DNA from: Candidatus Arthromitus sp. SFB-mouse-Japan
Lineage (GTDB): Bacteria; Bacillota; Clostridia; Clostridiales; Clostridiaceae
Direction: 5' to 3'
NCBI RefSeq assembly: GCF_000270205.1
Contig: NC_015913.1
Location: forward strand, 1,140,001-1,172,000
DNA length: 32,000 bases
Under the pieces are notes generated by a model. The model was not told the DNA's origin. It made no database searches and worked only from the letters and a program-made list of their open reading frames with translations. The position numbers and the translations under genes are program-made. This document shows positions 1-8,361 of this stretch, in pieces; position 1 is the first letter of the stretch; every line of letters starts with the position of its first letter.

Positions 1-452
1 AAGTTATTATCCATTGTAAAAGCTTCTCTTGAGAAATCACAAGACGTCCCTATCGTTTCAATTTGCTTACGTATTTTTGCCCTATATTCATCTGTCCATT
101 CCCAAACTCTATCTAAAAACTTTTCACGTCCCAAATCATATTTCTTTATTCCATTCTTTAAAAGTTCATTATCAACTCTTACTTCAGTTGCAATGCTCGC
201 ATGGTCTTCTCCTGGAACCCATAAAGCCTCAAAGCCTTGCATCCTTTTAAAACGTATCAAAATATCTTGCAACGTTAAATCCAAAGCATGACCCAAGTGC
301 AACTTGCCTGTTATATTTGGAGGAGGCATTGATATAACATAAGGCCTTTTATCTTCATTAACCCTAGCCCTAAACAAATCATTTTTCTGCCAAGTATCAA
401 AAATATCTTTTTCAAACTCTACGGGACTATACTTACCTAATTCTTCTCTCAT
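1..452 (-). CDS. valS: Valyl-tRNA synthetase, N-terminal ~150 codons (gene continues past window start)
   Basis: Absent from the ORF track because it runs off the edge. Minus-strand translation from ATG (452-450) gives MREELGKYSPVEFEKDIFDTWQKNDLFRARVNEDKRPYVISMPPPNITGKLHLGHALDLTLQDILIRFKRMQGFEALWVPGEDHASIATE...GREKFLDRVWEWTDEY. This has the class-I HIGH motif (HLGH) in the PPPN(I/V)TG context and is collinear with ValS N-termini. GGAGGG RBS at 462-457. Confidence 0.9.
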   Translation of the reverse strand, partial: MREELGKYSPVEFEKDIFDTWQKNDLFRARVNEDKRPYVISMPPPNITGKLHLGHALDLTLQDILIRFKRMQGFEALWVPGEDHASIATEVRVDNELLKNGIKKYDLGREKFLDRVWEWTDEYRAKIRKQIETIGTSCDFSREAFTMDNN

Positions 453-508
453 TTAACCCTCCGTAAACTTCATAATTATCACTAATTTTTTTCTTCTACA
501 TTATCAAT

Positions 509-536
509 ATTTTATCACATAGTATATCATTGTCAA
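509..536 (-). promoter_or_regulatory. Candidate sigma-A promoter for valS
   Basis: Minus strand reads TTGACA (536-531), a 16-nt spacer, then TGaTAAAAT (extended -10, hexamer 514-509). Sequence match only. Confidence 0.35.
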
Positions 537-614
537 AAATATTTATATGTTAAACTGAATAATCAAGGTAATTTTTGGAATAATAATATTAAGTTTAACA
601 AGAGGTGATTAATT

Positions 615-977
615 TTGGATTTTTACTTTAAAAAGGCGAATGATTATTACAATAAAAAAGATTACAAGAAGGCAATCTCATTATATAAAAAATCTATTCA
701 ACACCAAGGAAGTGAAGCATGCTCACTTTATAATTCTGCAGTTTGCTACATAAAATTAAAAGAATATGATGAGGCAATTAATTTATTAAAACAGGCTCTT
801 GAAATAAAACTTGACCATAAGTACCTATTTAATTTGGCTTATTGTTACTCACTACTTGGTGATAATGCAAAAGCTCTTACATATTTTAATTGGTCATGGG
901 CTATTAATAATGATGACTATGAATGCAAAAAAGCAATATCTATGATTTTAGATTCATTCGATAAAACTAAAAAATAA
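615..977 (+). CDS. Small TPR-repeat protein (120 aa, TTG start)
   Basis: Repeated A..Y......Y..A...Y..A 34-residue pattern (YYNKKDYKKAISLYKKSI, YIKLKEYDEAINLLKQAL, YSLLGDNAKALTYFNWSW). AGAGGTGA RBS at 602-609, 5 nt before TTG. Confidence 0.7.
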   Translation: MDFYFKKANDYYNKKDYKKAISLYKKSIQHQGSEACSLYNSAVCYIKLKEYDEAINLLKQALEIKLDHKYLFNLAYCYSLLGDNAKALTYFNWSWAINNDDYECKKAISMILDSFDKTKK

Positions 978-984
978 AAATAAA

Positions 985-1018
985 AGGGTAGTCTTAATCC
1001 CCCAATTAAAACTACCCT
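985..1018. terminator. Hairpin between convergent genes (possible bidirectional terminator)
   Basis: AGGGTAGT (985-992) pairs with ACTACCCT (1011-1018). A/T-rich flanks on both sides. The loop is long (18 nt). Confidence 0.45.
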
Positions 1019-1029
1019 ATAATTATATT

Positions 1030-2190
1030 TTAAACTGAAAATTCCCATATAACTCTTTCCCTTATGTGATCTTGTTCAAAATTATTAATATCAAAATAGT
1101 TGCCTGTCTCACCAAATGTAGTATCAACTTCAATCCAAGAATCTGATTCATCAATGTAAACCTCATTCCAAGCATGGTTTATCCAACTAGTTCCATTGTA
1201 TCCTTTACCAACCACAATACGAGTTGGCAACTGTATACTTTCTGCAAGTACAGAATAAAGGCTCGCATAGTCAAAACAAATTCCCAATTTGCTTTCAAAT
1301 GCAGAAATAGCTCCAGATAAATTACTGAAATCTTCATTTAATATATCATTTGATTTTTCCTCATCATATTCAAGCATATTTATCACATCATCATATAATT
1401 TTCTCGCCTTATCATAAGAGTTAACTAGTCCTTTCGTACTTTGTACAGCAAATTCTACAATTTCATCAGTACTTCTTGTTGCCTCATCTATCGTAACTCC
1501 ATTATACAAATACTTTATGTTATTTGACCTAATATCATTAAATGTATCTAAAATAGGATTAAAAATATTAAGCATGATCTCATTTAAATCATACTTAAAT
1601 GGAACTATAATTCTATTAGATATACTTTTATATAAGTTAGATGAATTTATAAGTTTATTAATCTTATTATTCTCTGTCAAAAACATGGAAAATGTATTAA
1701 GAGCGAAAATAAAAATTAATACAATAAGAATTGCTTTTGGAGCTTTTATAATTCCAAATACTACATATCTAAATATATTTGGAAGTTGAAATAAAAACTT
1801 ATGAGATTTAATAACCATGTTTTTAAACAATATAATATGAATACACCTACATATTAAATTATAAATCATAAATACTAAAACGAATAATCCTACCTTCAAT
1901 ATAAATCCAATCAATGTATTATCTGCACGATTTATATTAAAAACATTCAAAACCAAATAATATAATTCATAAGCAATAATATCATAAGATAAATAAACAA
2001 GATAAATAGAAATTACATTTATATAAAATCCAATATCACGAAAAATATATTGTAACTTATTATACTTAACAATTCCTCTAAACAAAGTAAAAATAAACAA
2101 TACCACAATAAAAATAGATATAATACCATTGTCTAAGGTATCTATTAATAAATTAAACAACCCGTAATCCCCTTTAAAGTAGACATCCAA
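1030..2190 (-). CDS. Polytopic membrane protein with C-terminal transglutaminase-like (Cys-His-Asp) core
   Basis: The N-terminal half has several hydrophobic helices. The C-terminal part reads GICFDYASLYSVLAESIQLPTRIVVG...WINHAWNEVYIDESDSWIEVDTT, the ordered Cys / His / Asp signature of transglutaminase-like domains. Confidence 0.8.
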   Translation of the reverse strand: MDVYFKGDYGLFNLLIDTLDNGIISIFIVVLFIFTLFRGIVKYNKLQYIFRDIGFYINVISIYLVYLSYDIIAYELYYLVLNVFNINRADNTLIGFILKVGLFVLVFMIYNLICRCIHIILFKNMVIKSHKFLFQLPNIFRYVVFGIIKAPKAILIVLIFIFALNTFSMFLTENNKINKLINSSNLYKSISNRIIVPFKYDLNEIMLNIFNPILDTFNDIRSNNIKYLYNGVTIDEATRSTDEIVEFAVQSTKGLVNSYDKARKLYDDVINMLEYDEEKSNDILNEDFSNLSGAISAFESKLGICFDYASLYSVLAESIQLPTRIVVGKGYNGTSWINHAWNEVYIDESDSWIEVDTTFGETGNYFDINNFEQDHIRERVIWEFSV

Positions 2191-2204
2191 TGTAACAAAA
2201 TCAT

Positions 2205-2669
2205 CTAATTTTTCAAATAAACTTGATCTATTATTTTAGTCGCTAAGTCATAATCATATCCTTTTCCAATTAGGTGACAAAATAGCTTGTGTCTAATTTT
2301 AAATACCTCAAATTTATCTTTAATTACATCATACTTCTTTTGACATATCTTAACGCCTATTTCTATCTTTTGTTCATCAGATATTTTTGAAAATTCCGCC
2401 TTTAAAAATTCATTATCTAATCCCTTAAGAATTAAATCAAAAAATATTTTCTTTTCACCATACTTTAATAAGTTCTTATTTATGTAATTTCTAGCATATC
2501 TGTAATCATTTATAAAGTTGTACTCCAACAAGTATTTGATTACATCATCTGCTACATTTGGATCAACACATTTATCCAAAAGATACTTTTTCATTTCTTT
2601 TTGCGTTTTGTCATACCGATTTAATAACTTTAATGCTAAGTTTTTCGCAATTATAAATTCTCTACTCAT
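2205..2669 (-). CDS. recX: RecX-family regulatory protein
   Basis: 154 aa, all-helical repeat character. AKNLALKLLNRYDKTQKEMKKYLLDK...DDVIKYLLEYNFINDYRYARNYI is typical of RecX three-repeat proteins. Starts 3 nt after the upstream peptidase stop (operon). Confidence 0.7.
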   Translation of the reverse strand: MSREFIIAKNLALKLLNRYDKTQKEMKKYLLDKCVDPNVADDVIKYLLEYNFINDYRYARNYINKNLLKYGEKKIFFDLILKGLDNEFLKAEFSKISDEQKIEIGVKICQKKYDVIKDKFEVFKIRHKLFCHLIGKGYDYDLATKIIDQVYLKN

Positions 2670-2671
2670 AA

Positions 2672-3913
2672 CTATTTTCCTTTAAGAATATGAACTGTTG
2701 GATTATTAAAATACTTTTTGCAAACTTCCATTATTTGTCGCTTATTAATATTCCCTATTTTTTCCAAATCTTCCATATATGATTCAATATTTTTATCATA
2801 AAGTAGTTTATCTATTAAATACAATCCAAGTTTTCTATTATCTTCAAGAATTGAATATATAGCTATCAATTGTAGCTTTTTCATCAAATTTAAATTATAA
2901 TAATCAAAATTATAACTGCAATTCTTTATTTCTAATATACATTCATCTATAATTTTCCTAGCTCTATCTATGTTCTCCTTACCAGTCGTACAAAAAATAT
3001 ACATCCCCTTAAATTCGTCACTAATTTCTAATTGTGTATAAATATCATAAGCCAGCCCTTCTTCATCTCTTACTTTCTTAAATAATATAGAATTTGAGCC
3101 TCCTCCAAGTTTATACTCTGCTAATTTTAAAAGTATTTTCTCGCCTTGTTGTAAATCTTTAAACACAAACAAATATGTAACAGTACTTATTTCTAAATCG
3201 CTCTTTTCACTAACTATAGTCTTGGAAATATTTACCTCTTCAATCAATTTTTTATGTGAAATATGTTTTCTTTGCCAGGAGTTAAAATATTTTTTTAATA
3301 AACTAACTATGTACTCTTCACTGTATGAGCTAATAACAACCGCATACGCATTATTCGGAACATAATATTTATTATAAAATTTAATTAAATCATCAGTAGT
3401 TACACTTTCCAATAATTTTCTATCACCTGCTATGTCATACCTTATATGAGATTTTTCAAAAGCTTGTTCATTTAGCTTTAAAAAACTAAACTCCTCATAA
3501 TTTGCATAACATGAATCTAATTCCGAAATTATTATATCTCTCTCAATGTCCATCTCTTCACTATCAAATTTAGGACTCATAACCATGGATGAAATTAATT
3601 CTATACATTTTTCTAAATCATCATCCAATCCATTTATAGATACTACAGTTGAACCATAATCAGTAAATGCATCATAATCCCCACCCAAAAATTCAATAAT
3701 ATTGTTTACTTCATAGTCTTTAAATTTACAATTTGATCTAAATAACATATGTTCAATAAAATGACTAAATCCTCTTTCATTGTCCGTTTCATATGCACTT
3801 CCAATTTTAATTCCAAGATTAAAATTAAAAAATTTACATTGCTTATTTAAAACAAGAATTTTAAATCCATTATCTAAAATAAATTCTTTAAAATTAATTT
3901 TTAAATTTTCCAT
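2672..3913 (-). CDS. M16 (pitrilysin/insulinase) family zinc peptidase
   Basis: Inverted zinc motif HxxEH in GFSHFIEHMLFRS. Start moved to MENLKINF (ATG 3913-3911) because GGAGAAAG (3922-3915) sits just upstream; the track's 3943 start would place the RBS inside the coding sequence. Confidence 0.85.
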   Translation of the reverse strand: MENLKINFKEFILDNGFKILVLNKQCKFFNFNLGIKIGSAYETDNERGFSHFIEHMLFRSNCKFKDYEVNNIIEFLGGDYDAFTDYGSTVVSINGLDDDLEKCIELISSMVMSPKFDSEEMDIERDIIISELDSCYANYEEFSFLKLNEQAFEKSHIRYDIAGDRKLLESVTTDDLIKFYNKYYVPNNAYAVVISSYSEEYIVSLLKKYFNSWQRKHISHKKLIEEVNISKTIVSEKSDLEISTVTYLFVFKDLQQGEKILLKLAEYKLGGGSNSILFKKVRDEEGLAYDIYTQLEISDEFKGMYIFCTTGKENIDRARKIIDECILEIKNCSYNFDYYNLNLMKKLQLIAIYSILEDNRKLGLYLIDKLLYDKNIESYMEDLEKIGNINKRQIMEVCKKYFNNPTVHILKGK

Positions 3914-4023
3914 ACTTTCTCCTAACATTAGATAATAATACAATGTTTTGTAAAAATTTTCCAGTTCATAGGCTATAAATTTATAACTTTTTAATATGTG
4001 AATTTTTATTTAACTTTACGATA

Positions 4024-4060
4024 TAAAAAAACTATGATCTAAAATTAATTAAATCATAGT
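4024..4060 (-). terminator. Rho-independent terminator after the 361-aa DUF4214 protein gene
   Basis: Minus strand: ACTATGAT (4060-4053), loop, ATCATAGT (4038-4031), then T7 (4030-4024). Confidence 0.6.
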
Positions 4061-4066
4061 CAAATT

Positions 4067-5152
4067 CTAAACTTTCAAACCTATTTCTTGCATCAATCTT
4101 AAGTATTCATCACATGTTAACATTTGTTTCAAAACAGCATCACGTGACGTTTTTTTAACTTCACCAACCCAATAATTTTTTCCATCATCATCAGGATCAC
4201 GATCCAATATAACCTTATAAACCTTAGTAACAAAATCTTGATCAGATATTTGTTTGTTTTGGAACTCATTACTATGTATGATTTTTATGATCAAAGTGCT
4301 AACTGATAATGTTTTATCTATTAATTCCTGAGTATTATTTTTAAGTTCTGCACTTGACGGCTTTCTTCCTAATAAAGTTGTATAAATATTTTGTACAAGA
4401 TTCTCTACAATATTTTTCTTCTGAAAATTATGTAAAAATATTTTAGTTACTTTATTAATAGATCCATCATTTAAACTCTTCTGGAATAACAAATTCAAAG
4501 TAATTTTAAGTGGATTATTTGATGGAAATCCTTCAAGATATATGTATGCATATTGTTTAAGCTCTCCAGATACTAAAATATATTTCACTTCAAAGGTAGT
4601 ATTGAAATTACTCCTTAATTCTGGATACACAAGCATGGCTTGTACACTTTTAAGCATATCCCAAGGATCATCTATTTCAACTGCTAAAACTATTTGATTT
4701 TGGTTGTAATACAAAAGTCTTGGATCTCCAACCACTTTTGCAGCTCTAAATTTCTCATTCTTAGCAGTTAAACTTGCTATTCCCTTTATACTTTCCTGAG
4801 ATCTATTCACAATAACATTTACACCCAATTTTACATTATTTATGTTATAAGATTTTGTATTTTGGTTAACAATTATAATGTATTTGTTTTCAGAAATCTG
4901 ATATGTACTTACAGGAACAATCTTATTATCAATTTCAATGAAGAACTCTTTAATAACTCCATTGATATTCTTTTCAACATCCACACTAAATATAAATCTA
5001 TTCTTACCAGATAATTCTCCCAAAAATTTAGTCTTAACGGTAATACTGTTACTATCAATGGTGTTCGCATTTGGTCTTACGGTGAAAATAGATAGTACTA
5101 AAAACATAGCAATAAATAAGGTAAATACTTTATGTTTACATTTAGACAACAA
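4067..5152 (-). CDS. Secreted protein with C-terminal tandem DUF4214-type repeats
   Basis: N-terminal signal-like KVFTLFIAMFLVLSIFTV. The C-terminal ~115 aa (about 4067-4415) carries two copies of the DUF4214-like pattern (IYTTLLGRKPSSAEL..., VYKVILDRDPDDDGKNYWVGEV). TTG start; GGAGGG at 5161-5156 fits the first (5152) or second (5149) TTG. Confidence 0.7.
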   Translation of the reverse strand: MLSKCKHKVFTLFIAMFLVLSIFTVRPNANTIDSNSITVKTKFLGELSGKNRFIFSVDVEKNINGVIKEFFIEIDNKIVPVSTYQISENKYIIIVNQNTKSYNINNVKLGVNVIVNRSQESIKGIASLTAKNEKFRAAKVVGDPRLLYYNQNQIVLAVEIDDPWDMLKSVQAMLVYPELRSNFNTTFEVKYILVSGELKQYAYIYLEGFPSNNPLKITLNLLFQKSLNDGSINKVTKIFLHNFQKKNIVENLVQNIYTTLLGRKPSSAELKNNTQELIDKTLSVSTLIIKIIHSNEFQNKQISDQDFVTKVYKVILDRDPDDDGKNYWVGEVKKTSRDAVLKQMLTCDEYLRLMQEIGLKV

Positions 5153-5290
5153 ATTCCCTCCATTTACTCATTGTTTGATTACAATTATATAACATTCGTG
5201 ACAATTTTTCTATAAATACTTTACAAATTAAGTATTGCTCATAAAACTTATAATTACTTTAAAATTAATTTATTATTTTAAAATATTATC

Positions 5291-5319
5291 TTGAAATTCA
5301 ATAATCTTTCCGATATAAT
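5291..5319 (+). promoter_or_regulatory. Sigma-A promoter of the rubrerythrin gene
   Basis: TTGAAA (5291-5296), exact 17-nt spacer, TATAAT (5314-5319). Lies 68 nt upstream of the ATG. Confidence 0.5.
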
Positions 5320-5324
5320 AATAA

Positions 5325-5361
5325 TTGTTAATTGATAATTGAGTTGTTAATTGATAATTAA
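5325..5361 (+). promoter_or_regulatory. Duplicated Fur/PerR-like operator
   Basis: The 16-nt TTGTTAATTGATAATT occurs twice (5325-5340, 5344-5359; 19-bp period). Each copy holds the Fur-family heptamer TGATAAT. The second copy extends to a 7-1-7 near-palindrome TTAATTG-A-TAATTAA (5347-5361). Position is immediately downstream of the -10. Confidence 0.4.
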
Positions 5362-5386
5362 TTTTTACATTTTGGAGGGTTTTATA

Positions 5387-5929
5387 ATGAAGAAATTTGT
5401 TTGTACTGTTTGTGGATATATAGCTGAGGGGTCTGTTCCTGAAGTTTGTCCTATATGTAAAGCACCAGCTGATAAATTTAACGAACAAACTGGTGATATG
5501 AATTGGGCTGATGATCATGTAATTGGTGTTGCTAAAGGTGTTGATCCTAGAATTGTTGAAGGATTAAAAATGAATTTTGAAGCTGAGTGTACAGAAGTTG
5601 GTATGTACTTAGCAATGTCAAGACAAGCTGATAGAGAAGGTTATCCAGAAGTTGCTGAAGCTTATAAAAGAATAGCTATTGAAGAAGCTGAGCACGCTTC
5701 TAAATTTGCTGAACTTTTAGGAGAAGTTGTTGATAACTCTACTAAGATTAACTTAGAGAAAAGGGTTGCTGCTGAGTATGGAGCTTGTCAAGGTAAGAAA
5801 GATTTAGCTACATTAGCTAAACAATTAAATTTAGATGCTATTCATGATACAGTTCATGAAATGTGTAAAGATGAAGCTAGACACGGAAGGGCATTTAAAG
5901 GGCTTCTTGAAAGATATTTTAAAGCATAG
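5387..5929 (+). CDS. rbr: Reverse rubrerythrin (N-terminal rubredoxin-like Cys4 domain + C-terminal diiron ferritin-like domain)
   Basis: [27 protein letters not shown] (CxxC...CxxC) comes first, then the diiron ligand motifs [26 protein letters not shown]. Start set at ATG 5387, with GGAGGG at 5374-5379 and a 7-nt spacer. The track start 5351 lies inside the operator. Confidence 0.9.
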   Translation: MKKFVCTVCGYIAEGSVPEVCPICKAPADKFNEQTGDMNWADDHVIGVAKGVDPRIVEGLKMNFEAECTEVGMYLAMSRQADREGYPEVAEAYKRIAIEEAEHASKFAELLGEVVDNSTKINLEKRVAAEYGACQGKKDLATLAKQLNLDAIHDTVHEMCKDEARHGRAFKGLLERYFKA

Positions 5930-5942
5930 TTTTATTTGAGAA

Positions 5943-5970
5943 CTCATTGATTAAATCAATGGGTTTTTTT
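5943..5970 (+). terminator. Rho-independent terminator of rbr
   Basis: CTCATTGAT (5943-5951) pairs with ATCAATGGG (5955-5963), 8 of 9 bp, followed by T7. Confidence 0.7.
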
Positions 5971-6115
5971 ATTTTTTTGGTATCTTCCATTTAATACTTC
6001 ATTTATAAATTTTATGAAATCTGTATATTAAGTTTTAAAATTCTATTTCGATATAAATCCATATATCTCGAGTTTAAATTATTTGGAATTCACTACTTTT
6101 ATGGGAGAAATCAAT

Positions 6116-7045
6116 ATGAAAAATTCAAAAAATAATAATGATAAAAAACAAAAAAATTATAGAGACAAATCTTATAAAGCAATATCACTTGCTTCTTTAT
6201 CTACTATAGCGTTAACTTTAGGATTAAGTAACTTTAAAGAAGTTAAATCTCTAATGACTAAAGGAGGAACTATTAGATGGTTTGGATCATCTGTTCAAAA
6301 AGTTATACAGCCTGGAAATATGGGGTCTACTGGAAATACAGGAGCTAAAGTTGTAGCTGCAAAGAGTGGTGCTGTTGCTAACGCTACTACAAAAGTTACT
6401 GGTGGTATTAATACTACTAGCCGTGGATTTGCAAAATTCAATCAACAATGGCATAATCCATTTGCTAAACCTTATTTAGATTCTCTTAAAAATCCTTCAA
6501 TAGGAAGTACATCTTCAGTTAAAAAACCTACTAGTGGTACAACTTCATCCAGTACAAAAAATAATTCTAATAGCTCGACAGGAGCTACTGGTAGTTTAAA
6601 ATTACCTGCTACTAATGGATCAACATCAGGATCCCTAAAATTACCAAATAATAACACTACAGAAACACCAAATAGTGGTAACACTACACTGGTAAAAAGA
6701 CCTTCATCTAGTAGTACTTCTAGTAATACTTCTTCTAATGGTGCTGTTAAATTACCTATTGGAGAATACGAAGATGTAACACAAAATCAAAACACAAATA
6801 ATCCAAATACAGGAATGTCAACTGCTAAAAAAGTAGGAATCGGTGTAGCTGCTGTAGCTGGAGCTGGAGCAATCGCTGGTATTATCGCAGGTATAATTAG
6901 TGCTACAAACAGTGCTGGAGGACAATCCTCAGGATCTAACGGTACTAAAGGTCCTACTGTTGTACCAACACCACAGACTCCAACAAATACAAATAAAGTA
7001 ATTAACTCTGGATTAGGAAATCAATATACAGATACAAAAGCATAA
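6116..7045 (+). CDS. S/T/N/G-rich low-complexity protein with N- and C-proximal hydrophobic helices (309 aa)
   Basis: Start at ATG 6116, with GGGAGA at 6103-6108. Basic N-terminus then AISLASLSTIALTLGL. Long polar region with GSLKLP/GAVKLP repeats and VKKPTSG/VKRPSSS motifs. Gly/Ala-zipper helix KKVGIGVAAVAGAGAIAGIIAGIISA near the C-terminus. Confidence 0.7.
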   Translation: MKNSKNNNDKKQKNYRDKSYKAISLASLSTIALTLGLSNFKEVKSLMTKGGTIRWFGSSVQKVIQPGNMGSTGNTGAKVVAAKSGAVANATTKVTGGINTTSRGFAKFNQQWHNPFAKPYLDSLKNPSIGSTSSVKKPTSGTTSSSTKNNSNSSTGATGSLKLPATNGSTSGSLKLPNNNTTETPNSGNTTLVKRPSSSSTSSNTSSNGAVKLPIGEYEDVTQNQNTNNPNTGMSTAKKVGIGVAAVAGAGAIAGIIAGIISATNSAGGQSSGSNGTKGPTVVPTPQTPTNTNKVINSGLGNQYTDTKA

Positions 7046-7096
7046 TAAAATCTAGTTTAATAATTCTCCTTCAATACGAAAAGAGGTGTAATTGTT

Positions 7097-7477
7097 ATGA
7101 ATAATTCTAAAAAAAATGATCACAAAGAACTTACTAAAAAAGCTGTAGCTATTGGTACTGCACTCGGAGTAGTCGCAACAATCGGAACAAATTTAAATAT
7201 TAAAGAAGCTGAAGCTAGAAATCGTAATACTAAATCAAATAAAGAATCTAGAATAAATTCAGATAAAAAATTCTCGCACACTAAGAGACCTTATACAAAT
7301 GCAGATAAAGCAAATCTTGATGAATATAAAGACCAACATATTACAAAGGATTTTATTCCTGAAAATACAGTCACTAAAGATACAAAAGATAATGGATTAG
7401 AAAATAAAAGTTCAAATAGAACTTCAAATAGAACTCCAAAAGTTATTCCTGTTAGTGTTTCAACTGCTAGAAAATAG
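7097..7477 (+). CDS. Small anchored/secreted disordered protein, family member 1 (126 aa)
   Basis: AGAGGTG RBS. N-terminus MNNSKKNDHKELTKKAVAIGTALGVVATIG, polar basic body with TKRPYTN, C-terminal KVIPVSVSTARK. No terminator after the upstream gene, so it is probably co-transcribed. Confidence 0.7.
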   Translation: MNNSKKNDHKELTKKAVAIGTALGVVATIGTNLNIKEAEARNRNTKSNKESRINSDKKFSHTKRPYTNADKANLDEYKDQHITKDFIPENTVTKDTKDNGLENKSSNRTSNRTPKVIPVSVSTARK

Positions 7478-7487
7478 TTTTATATAA

Positions 7488-7525
7488 GGGGATACCTCTC
7501 TAAGGTCTCCCCTATCTTATTTTTT
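7488..7525 (+). terminator. Rho-independent terminator
   Basis: GGGGAtACCT ctct AAGGTcTCCCC hairpin, followed by a TATCTTATTTTTT tail. Confidence 0.75.
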
Positions 7526-7656
7526 GTCAATACCTTTTAAAATTTTTTGTTAATAAAATATAAATCTTCCCACATTTTCAACGAAATATATGATTGTAAA
7601 GCTTACAACTTAAAATTTTTATAGGATGTTTTCTAAAAACAAGGAGGTATTTTCAA

Positions 7657-8181
7657 ATGAGTAATTCAAACAAAAAAAATAATAAAAAAGAGGTTGCTAA
7701 AAAAGCTGTAGCTCTTGGTGCTGCTCTTGGTGTTGTTGCTGGTATCGGTGCTACTATGGCTGGAGGGGCTGAAGAGGCTCACGCTGCTAGAAGACCTTCT
7801 CAATCAACTTCTTCTACAACTAATGCTGAGCAAAACACAACTACTTCAACTAAAAGACCAGCTTCTAATGCTTCTTCTACAACTTCATCAGGTACTTCTA
7901 GAAGTGCTAGAAGTGCTGGAAACAGAAAAGTTTCTGGTAAGGTAGCTGATGCTAAAACTACAGTAAATGAAAATGAAACTAATACAAGTGGCGGTAGAAC
8001 TTCTGGAAGAAATACAACAACTAACAAAAAAGAGGAAACTAAAAAGACTACATCTCACTCATCTGTAAGTGCTAAAAAATCTAAATCTAAAGCTCAACAA
8101 AATAAAGATATGGCGTCAAGGTCTTCAGGCACTGAAAAAACAAATAAAGTTGTTGTTAGTGTTTCAACTGCTAGAAAATAA
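7657..8181 (+). CDS. Small anchored/secreted disordered protein, family member 2 (174 aa)
   Basis: Perfect SD AAGGAGGT (7641-7648) 8 nt before the ATG. N-terminus MSNSNKKNNKKEVAKKAVALGAALGVVAGIGATMAGGAEEAHA, S/T/N/K/R-rich body, C-terminal KVVVSVSTARK. Strong GCT/ACT/TCT/AGA codon preference. Confidence 0.75.
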   Translation: MSNSNKKNNKKEVAKKAVALGAALGVVAGIGATMAGGAEEAHAARRPSQSTSSTTNAEQNTTTSTKRPASNASSTTSSGTSRSARSAGNRKVSGKVADAKTTVNENETNTSGGRTSGRNTTTNKKEETKKTTSHSSVSAKKSKSKAQQNKDMASRSSGTEKTNKVVVSVSTARK

Positions 8182-8192
8182 TTTTAATATAA

Positions 8193-8230
8193 GGGGATAC
8201 CTCTCTAAGGTCTCCCCTATCTTATTTTTT
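8193..8230 (+). terminator. Rho-independent terminator (duplicate of 7488-7525)
   Basis: Identical hairpin and T-tract, offset by 705 bp. Confidence 0.75.
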
Positions 8231-8361
8231 GCAAATACCTTTTAAAATTTTTTGTTAATAAAATATAAATCTTCCCACATTTTCAACGAAATATATGATT
8301 GTAAAGCTTACAACTTAAAATTTTTATAGGATGTTTTCTAAAAACAAGGAGGTATTTTCAA

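Noticed and set aside
29-250. 73-aa plus-strand ORF at the window start
   Set aside because: It lies fully antisense to the strongly supported valS N-terminal coding region. Its sequence is low-complexity and it has no RBS.
1517-1789. 90-aa plus-strand ORF, plus similar 60-70-aa ORFs at 4938, 10245, 13225, 14453, 16528, 22124, 22900, 24954, 25907 and 26238
   Set aside because: All are nested antisense or off-frame within long, well-supported genes. They have no RBS and no recognisable motifs.
2205-2669. recX not adjacent to recA as an anomaly
   Set aside because: recX is unlinked to recA in many Firmicutes, so the arrangement is unremarkable.
5273-5518. 81-aa minus-strand ORF, and the 5351 start of the rubrerythrin ORF in the track
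   Set aside because: The minus ORF overlaps the rbr promoter, operator and N-terminal rubredoxin domain. The 5351 start would translate through the operator and RBS. ATG 5387 has a GGAGGG at ideal spacing and gives the canonical [10 protein letters not shown] start.
7672-7679. A8 homopolymer near the 5' end of family members (also 7109-7116 and 8377-8384) as possible slipped-strand phase-variation switches
   Set aside because: The tracts encode the Lys/Asn-rich N-terminus. Runs of 8 A are common in DNA this AT-rich, and they are too short to call phase variation without population data.
7715-8027. 76-aa (+) and 75-aa (-) Leu/Val-rich ORFs inside family member 2, duplicated at 8420-8732
   Set aside because: These are shadow frames produced by the GCT/ACT/TCT-biased, stop-poor composition of the real gene. 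They lack an RBS, and their duplication only reflects the 705-bp repeat.
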